Shown here in pieces: positions 15,725 to 27,982 of a DNA stretch of 64,000 nt. The notes under the pieces are model-generated. The model was not told the DNA's origin, did no database searches, and saw only the letters and a list, made by a program, of their open reading frames with translations. The DNA is taken from positions 18,724,001-18,788,000 of the forward strand of contig OX597825.1 in assembly GCA_951406725.2 (NCBI GenBank). Reading direction: 5' to 3'. Source of the stretch: Octopus vulgaris. Lineage: Eukaryota. The first letter of the stretch is position 1. Each line of letters begins with the position of its first letter. Position numbers and translations under genes: made by a program.

Positions 15725-15956
15725 AGGCGGTAAGCTGGCAGAATCGTTAGCACGCCGGGCGAAATGCTTTCCAGTATTTCGTCCGCCGCTGTGTTCTAAG
15801 TTCAAATTCCGCCGAGGTCGACTTTGCCTTTGATCCTTTCGGGGTCGATAAATTAAGTACTAGTTACGCACTGGTGTCGATGTAATCGACTTAATACCTA
15901 TATCCGTCTTTGTTTGTCCCCTCTGTGTTCAGCCCCTTGTGGGTAATAAAGAAATA
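15725..15956 (+). mobile_element. full-length SINE family B (tail type 1) with 18-bp TSD
   Basis: AAGGCGGTAAGCTGGCAGAA head to GGGTAATAAAGAAA; TAGATATATGATCAAAAG on both sides (15709-15726 and 15955-15972). Confidence 0.92.
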
Positions 15957-16200
15957 GATATATGATCAAAAGTGTTGTGGTAGAATTTAATCGTTTTCAA
16001 GTACTTTTGTTCTTAAAGTCATGTTTCTCGCAGGCTGGCTACGGTCTCATGCCGTTGCTGTGATGTTAGAAACTTGGTGCGACACATCTTAGTATTTTAA
16101 TTGATTCAGTTTATGCTGTAATACCACTTTGAAGAATTTCGTCAAACAAATCGACCCGAGTACTTAATTTTTCCGGTCATTTTTCATAGCATTTTTTTCC

Positions 16201-16371
16201 GATGGCCGGATAACTGAAGAGATGGCAGCGTGGAGTTCCACCTCGGCATCCGAGACTCGGAGTCTTATCATGGCTACCGAATAATTATCACATATTACAT
16301 TTATAGATAAATTCCTCTATTTACATAATATCGAGGTTTCTTTCTTTCTTTTGTTATCTTACCATTTTTAT

Positions 16372-16376
<5 letters not shown>
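16201..16376 (+). mobile_element. short repeat with a type I hammerhead-ribozyme-like motif, ending at (TA)n
   Basis: GATAA-CTGAAGA-GATG...CATC-C-GAGA-CTCGGAG-TC-TTATC; the downstream ~100 bp is shared with 47299-47385. Confidence 0.65.
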
Positions 16377-16403
<27 letters not shown>

Positions 16404-16412
<9 letters not shown>

Positions 16413-17525
16413 TTGTAAAAATGAAGTTCGAAAATGCTGCTGTATTATACAATTTTTAATTTTTATATATACATTATAACATGTTTCAGTTCCTGAAATG
16501 AACCTTATCAAAAAAAGTTATATATAAAAAAAGACAGCTCATGCCGTCAAACACAAGAAATTCATTTATAATACACAACGGAGTCAGACATCTTAGAGTT
16601 CATGTATAGTTGATATATAGTTCATGTATAGTTGATATATAGTTTGAAGTATATGTTCAAAGTGTTCGTTGCAGTGGCCCACGGTGGCGATACGTATTCA
16701 ATACAAAAAACAGATCAAAGTGGTGGAAAGCGGTCAATACAGAAGATTGATGTTTCCGAAAGAGCGAGGAATTCATTTTTACCTTAAGCAATTGTGATGA
16801 CCCATGGTGGAAGTTCGCTGGGTGGTTCTAGTGAGTTTTTGTGAAGTGCTCGGTTTTATAATGCCTGTTAGGTGGTCAATCCAGCGTAGCGTGACGTCAT
16901 CAACGTTTTGACCAATCGTTTCGTTAGGTGGCTTTAGTCAAGTAGAACGGGACGTCATCATTATTTTCACCAATCGCTGCATTATAACTGCCTCTTGTTT
17001 GTTTCCTGTTTTGACCAGTCGCTTCGTTAGTCAAGTAGAACGGGACGTCATCATTATTTTGACCAATCGCTGCATTATAACTGCCTCTTGTTTGTTTCCT
17101 GTTTTGACCAGTCGCTACGTTAGTCAAGCAGAACGGGACGTCATCCAGATTCTGCCCAATCACGACTTATAGCTACATTAGATCTGCCCCCTGTCTGTAC
17201 TTGTTAGGTGACTAGTCAAGCAGAAAAGGACGTCATCAATATTCTGACTAATGACTGTCCCCTGTTTGTATCCTGTCCATTCTAGCAGAGCTAGACGTCA
17301 TCAACTTGTTGACCAATCAGAATCGGGTCTGACCCTTAGCTGTATCGTATGTATCAGGATCAGATTTGCACGAAAGAATTTTTTTCCTTTTTTTACTAAG
17401 GCATATTTCCGTCAGAGTGAGTGTCTGTTTGAAGTAGAGGCCGTGGTGGAATTTTGCTTCTCCTTTTCGGAGGACTTATCTTTTGTTTTAGTATTCCTGG
17501 CCCAGGGTGTTTAAACTTGGTCTAA
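16404..17525 (-). mobile_element. probable Penelope-like element 3' remnant with repeat array and terminal degenerate hammerhead motif
   Basis: Minus-strand peptide CLSKKRKKILSCK resembles the GIY-YIG C-terminus; TTGATAA-GGTTC..GAACT-GAAACATGTTA near the end; (TA)n on both sides. Confidence 0.45.
16892..17320. repeat. 93-bp-period minisatellite containing GACGTCATCA and CCAAT motifs
   Basis: Units start at 16937, 17030, 17123 and ~17215; explains the 31-aa repeat ORF at 16924-17163. Confidence 0.9.
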
Positions 17526-17582
<57 letters not shown>

Positions 17583-17656
17583 CATATATATCTTTGATTC
17601 CATGCTATCGTAAGTTGAGATCACAGTTACACACACACATAGTCATACATACATAC

Positions 17657-17709
<53 letters not shown>

Positions 17710-17711
17710 GA

Positions 17712-17799
<88 letters not shown>

Positions 17800-18299
17800 C
17801 TGACATGCTTAGTTATGGGCGCAAATACATATACAAACATGTATATATATATATATATTTGTGTATGTGCCCGTGTGTGAGAATGCACGCCTACATGCCT
17901 GAATGCATGCTCGTGTGTGTGTTGTGTCTGTGTGCGTGCTTCTGTGTGTGTCTGTGTGTTGTTTAATGTGTTTGTGTGTACAGAGAAGGACAGATGGGAG
18001 TTTGTAGCTGAAAGAAACATAGGAGTAGTGAAAATGATTATGAATCGGATGAAAATCAGTCCATTTATTGGTAATTAATAACTTGTATCGCCTTAGTCAG
18101 TAAGCAAAGTCAATAAAAACATTGGCTTGTGGCAAACCAACGCATTTATTACGTATTTCTGATTTAAAACTAAAACATTTGGAGATTAACAAAGGCGGAA
18201 AGAGATTAACATTTTTTTTTTTTTGGTATCTGTTTTACTTCTACCTTCATAATGAAAGAGATAACATCCATAAACAAGATGTGGGAAAATGAGGTACAC

Positions 18300-18638
18300 A
18301 GAAGGAGTAGAAGAAGATGAAGAAGAAGAAGAAGAAGAAGAAGAAGAAGAAGAAGAAGAAGAAGAAGAAGAAGAAGAAGGAGAAGAAGAAGAAGAAGAAG
18401 AAGAAGAAGAAGAAGAAGAAGAAGAAAAAGAAGAAGAAGGAGAAGAAGAGGAAGAATGTGATGAAGAAGAAGAAGAAGAAGAAGGAGAAGAAGAAGAAGA
18501 AGGAGAAGAAGAAGAAGAAGTAGAAGAAGAAGAAGAAGAAGAAGAAAAAGAAGAAGAAAAAGAAGAAGAAGAAAAAGAAGAAGAAGAAGAAGAAGAAGAA
18601 GAAGAAGAAGAAGAAGAAGAAGAAGAAGAAGAAGAAGC
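18300..18638 (+). repeat. (GAA)n polypurine tract, about 340 bp
   Basis: Directly visible. Confidence 0.97.
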
Positions 18639-19109
18639 AGTTTGAGGAGGATGAGGAGACGCTTAAAACGTACAGAAAATCAAAATGGCGTATAGTTCCC
18701 TCTTTCTTTATCCTTCCTTATCTTCATTAGATGCAATACTTCCAATATCAAGCTATAATCGTGAATTTTAGAGAACTTAAGGGCACACTATATAACTTAC
18801 ATTAATGTTTTTCCTACTGCATAAAAAATTAGTAAGAAGTCGTACCTTATTAAGACAAACGTTTTCATTACTTATGGAATTATCTTTATCTACGTTTCGA
18901 AATTATTCGATTATTTTTTCATTAGTTTTGGTTATTGTAATTACAATATTTATTGTTATTTTTAATGGTGGATTTTTCTGATATAAATTTTTTTGTGATA
19001 GATGTTAATTTTCTTTTCAATGTGCCCTCCACAACTTTCACCACATTGAATAAAAGCAATGATGATTATCACCAGCATGATATGTTTATAAGGGCGGAAG
19101 ATTATCAGA

Positions 19110-19830
19110 ATCGTTCGAGCGTTGCATTAATTGTCACGGATCTTTAGAATGAGCTCAAATCCTGCAGAAATCAACTTTGCCATTCATTTCTGCTAGACCA
19201 ATAAAATAAAGTATCTGTGAAGTACTACGTTTAATACAATTCACTATTACATTTTCCTTCAAAATTGGTGAACTTCTTCGTATATTAGAAATAGAAGACA
19301 GCGAAATGGTTGAATCGATACATCAGCAGACAAAATACGTAGCAGTATATCAAACGGTTTTAAAATGTGTTAATTAGTATATCTTTCGGGGTCGATAAAT
19401 TAAGTACCAGTTACGCATTGGGGTCGATGTAATCGTCTCAATACCTATGTCTGTCCTTGTTTGTCCCCTCTGTGTTTAGCCCCTTGTGGGTAATAAAGAA
19501 ATAGGTATTTCGTCTGCGTTACGTTGTGAGTTCAAATTCCACCGAGGTCGACTTTGCCTTTCATCCTTTCGGGGTCGATAATTTAAGTACCAGTTATGCA
19601 CTGGGGTCGATGTAATCGACTTAATACCTATGTCTGTCCTTGTTTGTCCCCTCTATGTTGAGCTCCTTGTGGATAATAAAGAAATAAGTATATCTAGCAG
19701 TTTTACCCCATGAGGTGATTTTGCCTCCTTTAGTTGATAAAATAAGTATCAATTGAGCACTCGTGTTGATGTAATCGAAGAGCCAACGAATCCCAAATTT
19801 CAGACTATCATCCTATAATACAAAAAGCTG
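19110..19830 (+). mobile_element. cluster of family B SINEs including a tandem tail-1 dimer (19383-19686)
   Basis: Two consecutive GGGGTCGATAA...TAATAAAGAAATA units joined at 19503/19504, with older copies on either side. Confidence 0.85.
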
Positions 19831-19893
19831 TTGGTTCATTTGGATCTACAGTAAGTCTGTGATTTCTCTATTCACATTTATTTCTATTTATTA

Positions 19894-19927
<34 letters not shown>

Positions 19928-20056
19928 GAAGATATATTTTTTCAACACGTAAATACTGAACAGTATATATATAATGGATAAAAACCTTTTTCGGTAGATC
20001 TTCAAGTTGTCACACGCATTCTTAGTAGCTTAGATAGGCTCGAATTAGAGATGATG

Positions 20057-20108
<52 letters not shown>

Positions 20109-20137
20109 TGATGATGATGATAATATTAATAATAATA

Positions 20138-20355
20138 ATGGCTTCAAATTTTTCCACAAGGGCAGCAATTTTAGGGGAGGGGATAAGTCGTTTACATCGA
20201 TGCCAGTGTTTCACTGGTACTTAATTTATCGACTGCGAAAGGATGAAAGGCAAAGTCAACCGCGACAAAGTTTGCACTCAGAACGTAAAGACAGACTAAA
20301 TACTGCTAAGCATTTCGCTCGGCGTGCTAACCTTTCTGCCAGATCACTGCCCTTT
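20138..20355 (-). mobile_element. SINE family B (tail type 2) between (AAT)n and (GAT)n
   Basis: Core and B-box match other B copies. Confidence 0.85.
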
Positions 20356-20934
20356 AATGATGATGATGATGATGACGATGAACGAACTCTACCGCCAGTC
20401 GGAGATATTTACTCGACTGCGATTTCAAATTCATGTAACTATTATATATATATATAGTACTACGCAGATTTTCTTCGTTTTTCACTTCTACTAATGAGAC
20501 GATACATTCATTGGCAGAAGCACATAGTTCTCCAGATAATCGGTCATTCTCTTTGCGTATGTTACGCAAAATTAGAAAACAATGGCAAATGTACCGAGAA
20601 ACAATAAACGGAATTACGTGATAGACGAAAGGACTGAATTTGAACGATGTCCGAAGCAAGTTTCAGGCCATTAATAATATCCCCCACACCAATTAGGTGA
20701 CCATTGCAGCATTACCGAAACCAAATATACACAGATGCAAATTGCACTAAAGAATATATAACTTAGAGATTCAAATATTAAACCACATAAACAATACACG
20801 ATTCCATAAGAATTGGCGATAGTTGTTGACGAATCTTGAAATCAAGGCTGTAAAATATGGCTATTAACAACGTATATTTAGTGTTCTTTTGCTATTTCGA
20901 AATTGTGGATCTTGTGTTGTTGGTTTAATAGTTT

Positions 20935-21776
20935 TACATTTTGGTATAGGGGCTGTAGTTTTAAGGGGGATGAGGATGTTGATTACATCGACCCCGGTAC
21001 TTGACTGATACTTATTTTATCAGCGCAAAACGATGAGAAGCAACGTTTATCTTGGTGGGATTTTGAAATCATAACGTAAAGACCAGCCAAATGTCGCACA
21101 GAATTTTGTTCTGCGAGATAACGATTCTTATTTCTTTACAGCCCACAAGGGGCTACACACAGAGGGGACAAATAAGGACAGACAAACGGATTAAGTCGAT
21201 TATATCTACTCCAGTGCATAACTGGTATTTATTTTATCGACCCCGAAATGATGAAAGGCAACCTAGGCGGAATTTGAACTCAGAACGTAAAGACAGATAA
21301 AATACATATTTCTTTATTACCCATAAGGGGCTAAACACAAAGGGGACAAACAAGGACATACATAGGTATTAAGTCTATTACATCGACCCCAGTGCGTAAC
21401 TGGTACTTATTTTATCGACCCCGAAAGGATGAAAGGCAAAGTCGACCTCGGCGGAATTTGAACTCAGGGCGTAACGACAGATAAAATACCGCTAAGCATT
21501 TCGCCCGGCGTGCTAATGATTCTGCCAGCTCATCACCTTAAAGTGGTTAGTAATAGTCATCTTATTGCTGTCTGGAATAATGAAAGTAATCACAATGATA
21601 TGGTTAGTAATATTGATTATACTGATTCCTCTGTTCATCTGGTTCTTATTTTATCGACCTCTAAAGGATGAAAGTTAAATTGACCTCGGTTGGATTGGAA
21701 ATCAGAACCTATAGACGCACGGAACGCTACTAGTATTTTGCCCGGCATGCTAACCATTCTGGCAGCTGGCCGCCTT
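20935..21776 (-). mobile_element. cluster of family B SINEs including a tandem tail-1 dimer (21129-21540)
   Basis: Full copy 21307-21540 followed on the minus strand by a head-truncated copy 21129-21305; degenerate copies at 20935-21128 and 21635-21776. Confidence 0.85.
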
Positions 21777-22427
21777 GAAGAAATTACTAAATTTGTTAAC
21801 CATGTACATGTACATAACAATGTGGATTAAGATTATGCTATTAGGATTTTCCAAAATTTCACATCAGATTAAAAATGAACATCAGCGATGCATCTACCAA
21901 CAGGCGGCTAAAATACGTACCAACCTAATTGATTCTCAAGAACAGTTAGCGTATATCTAAGAAAACCGCTGTTAAGAAACACTATCAGTATACAGAAGAG
22001 ACTCGAGAAATCGCATTATGGTATCAAATTCTGTTATCCAGTTGCGTAATTGTATATATGCTTGTATACTCAAAGTTATAAACAATATGTAAATTTTAAA
22101 AAAGATATCACTACAAATATCAGCTGAGAAATTGACAGTTACAGATGGAAATTATGATATAAAATATATTCTACAAAGGAAGCAAGTAAAATGACACAGA
22201 TGAATGTATGTAGCACTTCCAGATGTGTAAATAACTAAAAACATCATACAACGACGAACAAGAACGACTGAAAACACACAAATTGTTAAAAACATGAGAG
22301 TTAAAATGATTGATAGGAAGTAAAATGTGTGCTTTCAAAATTGCTCTTTCGTAGACAAAATGTAAAAGTAATTTAGACACGATACACGATAAAATCATAA
22401 GCAGCGATGAAATACCCATTGATGAGT

Positions 22428-22860
22428 ATTGGTTTCGAATTTTGGTACAAGGGCAGCAATTTCGTGGGAGGGGTTTAGTCGATTGCATCGGACCCAGTGC
22501 TTAACTGGTACTTATTTTATCTAATCCGAAAAGAAGAAAGGTAAAGTCGACCTCGTTGGAATTTGAACTTAGAACGTCAAGACAAATGAAATGCCCCTAA
22601 CGATGCCGCCAGGTCGCAGCCTTATTCAATGAAGAATATTAGAAGCATTTTAAGGCGGTGAGCTGGCAGAATTGTTAGTACACCGGGCAAAGTGCTTAGC
22701 CGCATTTTGTCTATTGTGAGATCAAATTCCGCTGAGGTTGACTTTGTATTTCAAACTTTGGGGTTGATTAAAGAAGAGTAATTCAAGTGCTGGGTTCGAT
22801 GAAATCGACTCCTGCCTCCCATTAAACCATGACGGCCTTGTGCCAAAATTTGAAACCAAT
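22428..22860. mobile_element. head-to-head inverted pair of family B SINEs (22428-22625 minus, 22652-22860 plus)
   Basis: Both carry tail type 2 (CTTGTGCCAAAATTTGAAACCAAT) in opposite orientation, ~26 bp apart. Confidence 0.8.
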
Positions 22861-23522
22861 ATTATATTAGAAACATTTTGGAAACCAACTGCGGAAACGA
22901 ATTTGGGCAGTAAAAGCACACTGCATGACTATTCTGGTAAGACAATTCGATTGAAATTGGGAAAAACAAAAAAGATATCATCCTAAAAGAGTACAAAATC
23001 TCTTTTGAAGCTTCTTTACGATGAAAAATGCAATTTGTAACTTTAAAATATTGGTGTATATCGTTTCACCTACCGTAGTGCCACACAAAAGTTATATTCA
23101 GTACCCTCTGAAAAAGTTCAGTCCAAATATCTGGATTATTTTCTCATACCAATGATTCTCAAGAAGAGACAAAGGAACAATTTATGTAACAATATACCAA
23201 CACATACTCGATAGTAATTTATAAACTGCTTCTTAAAATACTTCCGAACACGAATATCGAACAAGTACAATAGAAAGAATTTCATATTTTCAGTAAAAAA
23301 GGGGGGAGTTATACTTGAGTCCTGTGACACGATATCGAATAAAAATTGGCTCTGGATAACGCCAGACAATAACAACAAATAAACTTTCATTTGCCTGGAT
23401 CGAAGAGAAGAAAGTTTTTTCGATACAATATTTTATGACTCGTTTAAGAGAGGTCCATTAAATGGTGACAGCATGGTGAGCTACATTAACAGCAATGAAA
23501 TGTAGGAGACAATTCATAGCTG

Positions 23523-23558
<36 letters not shown>

Positions 23559-24921
23559 ATCTGCAAGTTTCAACTTCATGAAAATATTTACTAAGAAATA
23601 CTGAAATGATAGTACTTCTGGCTCCGAATGCAATCAGTAATTTTTACCTTTTAGTTCGGTAATAAAGCCTACTCATTTGGTATTCTACAGGAATAGAAAA
23701 AGAACGAAGCTGATTCATCATTTCCTCTTAAACACAAACCTAAATAGTGTGTAGCTTCAGATAATTTTTTGGATTATGAAACAGTTTACCAAAGGCATTA
23801 GAATGTTCTTTGTACTAGGAAAAAATGCTGACAAGTAGGTTGTCTGGTTATTAATGAGATGACTTAGAACTTCAGGGAGGGAAGAAAATACAGAAGTCCT
23901 TCTTTCCAGAATATTTGTGCATAGAGAAACGAAAGTCATGAATATATGTGTTCATACAGAATGCAAAATAAATATTTTGCTATTCAATGAAATTTAAACT
24001 CATCTCGATAATAAAAGCCGTATACTGAAAAACATTTATCGTACGACTTGGCTCTGGGTTCCCTGAATTAAATGTGTGAATGTGCTCTGGGCTGCCTGAA
24101 TTGTATATTTCAGATTTAAATCCAATAATAATATTATAAATCTATTATAAATCAGTACATATTGCACACTAATTCTAAAGCCCGTGCGTGGAACGTGCAA
24201 CCGAAAAAGGGAAAGTAAGAAGAGACAGCTGGGCGTGGGGTAGTATTCTCAGAATGTTGTATACGACTTTTAACGTTGCGATTCACAAAACAAACCTTGC
24301 TGATTGGGATCGAAAACGGGGTTATCAAATCAAAAATATTAACACAAAATCGATTAAGACATAGTATAATTAAAATCTAGAAAGAAATCAAAAATAGAAA
24401 ACTATGTAACATATACCAAGCATTGGGAACTAACAAAAACACATGGCATTTACATAGCCAGTATTTTTTGGAAAATTGTTTATCCCTATATTTTACCTTC
24501 AAAATGTCTTCAGTTGACTTAGATGCAAAAATCCAGTTTGAATGGATGACAAATGTCGTTTACATGGTGTATTCCTAAACAGCTACATCATTATTTTATG
24601 AAGCTGTCTCACACAAGCTCTACAAAATATACTTAAAGACAATTATGCTACAGCTGCATTTTCATTGTCCAAGCAGAAAATCTTGTTTTCTCTCTGAGAA
24701 AAGTCTCTGATACTGACTCACATTAATTACCAATTGGCTTAGAAAAATGACAATTCGAAAATAATAGGGAGATTTAGTATTAAAGTCAGACTACAAATGT
24801 CACGTAATAAACGTAATGTAATTCTCAATAACAAAACGACAATAACTTCCTAATTACTTATATAGTTATAGCAAATATCTACAATTCTGTGCAAAATAAG
24901 CTAAACATCTCAAAAATCATA

Positions 24922-25209
24922 CACTGGCGAAAACAAATTTAAGACCAATGATAAATGTTCTATTTCTTACAAAATATTTTGTTACTAACACCAGTAAATT
25001 AATTTTGCCGGTAAATTTGAAACGTTTATATTAATTTAGCATTAGAATTCTTGAAGTTTTATAAAATAGTTATTGTCTGCATCATTCGGAAGAGAAGTAA
25101 ATTCTGCATAAAGTGTAAAAGATAAGAATAGTTTGTATGGTGTTAGTAACAAAATATTTTGTAAGAAATAGAACTTTTATCATCGGTCTTAAATTTATTT
25201 TCGCCAGTG
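24922..25209. mobile_element. Tc1/mariner-type MITE (288 bp)
   Basis: 72-bp TIRs starting CACTGGCGAAAA (24922-24993 and 25138-25209, 3 mismatches), TA on both sides, no ORF. Confidence 0.88.
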
Positions 25210-25969
25210 TACTTACCAACTTGTTTAACAAGTTATGGTAAATGTGGAATGTAAGTAATATAACTAACCGGATACATAATCATTTCGTTGACACGGCCAC
25301 CTTATCCCTCAACATAGGCTAGTTCTCGAAAATAGAAAATCATGAGATAGTCTTATATTGGACTTCTTAACATTGAAACCTTCCATGCTTATTTCTTGTT
25401 TTGAGAAGAGAAATTACCGATAACATATATCAAAGAAAAAGTGAGTGGATTGGTAAAATTGTTAGAAGGTCAGAGAACCAACACTGTGGTCATGGAAGAT
25501 AAAGCTGTGAAAAAAAAAACAAATATCATCAGACAAAACTGTGTCGAAGTGCGTATCAAAATATTTATCAAAAACCATTCGTAACAAAAAATAAGGAAAT
25601 GAAGATGTAACAGTAAGAGGAGTGTTATTTAAGGACAGTCAAAGAAAACCTAAATCTCGAACTACGAAAGGCAAGTACTCATACCTGTGCGCAATCTACA
25701 AAAGTTTATAATCCCGCAACATTCAAAAATCTTATAGGGTCTACTGTTCTTTTATACGCCATTCTTCCTTGTTAAATTGTATTAAAACTGTGGATATCGA
25801 CCGAAGTGGAAATTCCCTGCGCCTTCTCAGTTAAAAAACGATGAAAAATATATTGCCCTTATTTAACAAATTACGACGCTGATGATAAATTATCGACGAA
25901 TTCGTCTGATTGTGACAGAAATCCTCCAAGTCATAGCACTCATCCAATATAGATACAGGAAAAATTGTT

Positions 25970-26480
25970 CTTCACTAACTGAATAAATGTACAGGGGTCG
26001 ATGTATATTACGGTGCGCTCCGTGCATTAGCAGCATAATTTGCAGGAATGATGGCCGTGCTTATGATGTTTTATTCTCAATCATTGATTTGCATCGAAGC
26101 TTAAATCACGTTACAGGTCAGTGTCTCAGGGGTACTTCATTTAAACTGTATAGATTTTCTGGATTACGCTCTCCCGACAGCAGCATTATTCATCTATTCG
26201 TACTTTGCAAAATTTTAAATGCGCTGGAGAAGGAAGGGGCTAAAACATTATCAAATATACAAGCTGCACAAAAGAACCCCTGTAAAAAATCACCAGGTCT
26301 GGTCGGCGTTTTTGAGAGATGCAGCATTGAGGATGAATGAAACCAGCTCAACCCCTTCTGGGCAGTAAAGAAATATATTTGAAATACTGCCACTCCTAGA
26401 GACAAGGACACTTAGTGTACGCATGTACAGTCTCAGTTACAAATGGCAAGCCAATTGAACAGAACGTGTTCGGAGTAGAT
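25970..26480 (+). pseudogene. possible piggyBac-like transposase C-terminal remnant
   Basis: Frameshifted peptides TGVDV, *WP and VLFSIIDL in the order of the piggyBac GGVD..RRWP..F..IID motifs; no TTAA-bounded ends found. Confidence 0.3.
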
Positions 26481-27232
26481 GAACCTTCAAACGAATGGAA
26501 TTAGTAATTTCTAAAAGAAACGAGAAAACAGACGCTGCCCGCTCCAGGGCATGATGGTCATGAACATACCTGAAGTAAATATTTACTAGCATTCATATCA
26601 CAACCGGTACGAAAACATTCCCCTACAGCTACGCCTACGCCTGTGACTACGTGGTTGCTACTGGCTACTTGGTTCATTTCTGTGTAGATAAGTGACACTA
26701 CTCGTCACTTCCTCCTAGATAATATATCCGCTTGTGTGAACAAAATCGCATCACGGGAAGGAAACTGAGCAGATGCAGATCAACTTGGAGATTCATTCTC
26801 CAGGTGCCAAGAGGCAAGATAAAGATCGCATCCAAATTAACGCGTGTTACGCTTGCATTACAATTTACATTCTTTCAAAACGGTGCCGTTCGCCTTGATT
26901 AGGATACAACTACGTTGTAAAAAGAAATAAGCAGTAAAATTCACAACGAAACAAAATATTGTATTGAAATTTCTATTATTTTCGTTATATATTATATATT
27001 AGAATGAAGCATGGCTTCATTCTAATAAAACCATGTTATGTCCCTTTTCTGCACTTCAGTCCATACGACTGTAAAGTGTTTCAATGTGTGTGTGAGTGTG
27101 TGTGCGCATATGTGTGTAGTGTGTGCATTCGTGAGTGGTAGGGGACATTTTTGCGTGGGTAAACATCTAAATATTTCGTTACATATATATATATGGATGC
27201 GTGTGTGGGTCTATTTTTGCGAGTGTGTTTAC

Positions 27233-27263
<31 letters not shown>

Positions 27264-27399
27264 TGGAACTAACTTACGGATAGAGCCCCGCTCAGTATGA
27301 GTTCCAAGAATTTAATTAAGTGCTTAGCAGCAGGTCCTAAGAGGTCGACAAAATAAGCCGGAGTCAAACCGATAAGATTCGGTACTGGTGGTAGTGGTG

Positions 27400-27437
27400 G
27401 TAATAGTAGTAGTAGTAGTAGTAGTAGTAGTTGTAGT

Positions 27438-27499
<62 letters not shown>

Positions 27500-27865
27500 C
27501 AGTAGTAGTAGTAGTAGTAGTAGATACCGCGTGCGGCAGCCGCAGGGTAATTTATTTGTAGTGGTCGTGATATGGATGGTTGAAATCATGACGCTGTTAC
27601 TGGTGGTGTTCGTGGTGGTGGTGGTGGTGGTGGTGGTGGTGGTGGTGGTGGTACTTGAAGAAGTAGGTAGACTAATAAACGCTAAGTGACATATGTTAGC
27701 TAATTGTTAGGAGTCTTCACAAGAAAACTTTAAATCTCTAGGAGAGAGACATTCCAGATGGCTGGTTGGCTGGTTGGTCTGCCACTTGGTTGGTTGGTTG
27801 GTTGGTTGGTTGGTTGGTTGGTTGGTTGGTTGGTTTGTTTGTTGGTTGGTTAGTTGGTTGGTCGG
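27400..27865. repeat. (AGT)n/(AGC)n, (GGT)n and (TTGG)n microsatellites
   Basis: Directly visible. Confidence 0.95.
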
Positions 27866-27982
27866 CCAGTTGGTCAATTACTCCGATAAGAATTTTTAAT
27901 TGTAATAAAAGTTTTTTTTTTACAACAAAATTACTATATATAACTGGCTTCTATTGAGTGTCGCTTGCATGATATATAATTT

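Noticed and set aside
16924-17163. ORF with a 31-aa repeat; also considered as a CRISPR-like array
   Set aside because: It is a 93-bp minisatellite with repeated rather than unique spacers, no cas genes and a eukaryotic context
18289-18645. Poly-Glu and poly-Lys ORFs
   Set aside because: Pure (GAA)n repeat with no flanking coding context
24180-24242. GC box plus RCGTG motifs as a possible promoter
   Set aside because: Short motifs expected by chance; no CpG island or downstream exon
22920-24900. Microsatellite-poor stretch with coding-like composition
   Set aside because: Frequent stops in the frames I read and no motif I can recognise; possibly an old TE, needs BLASTx
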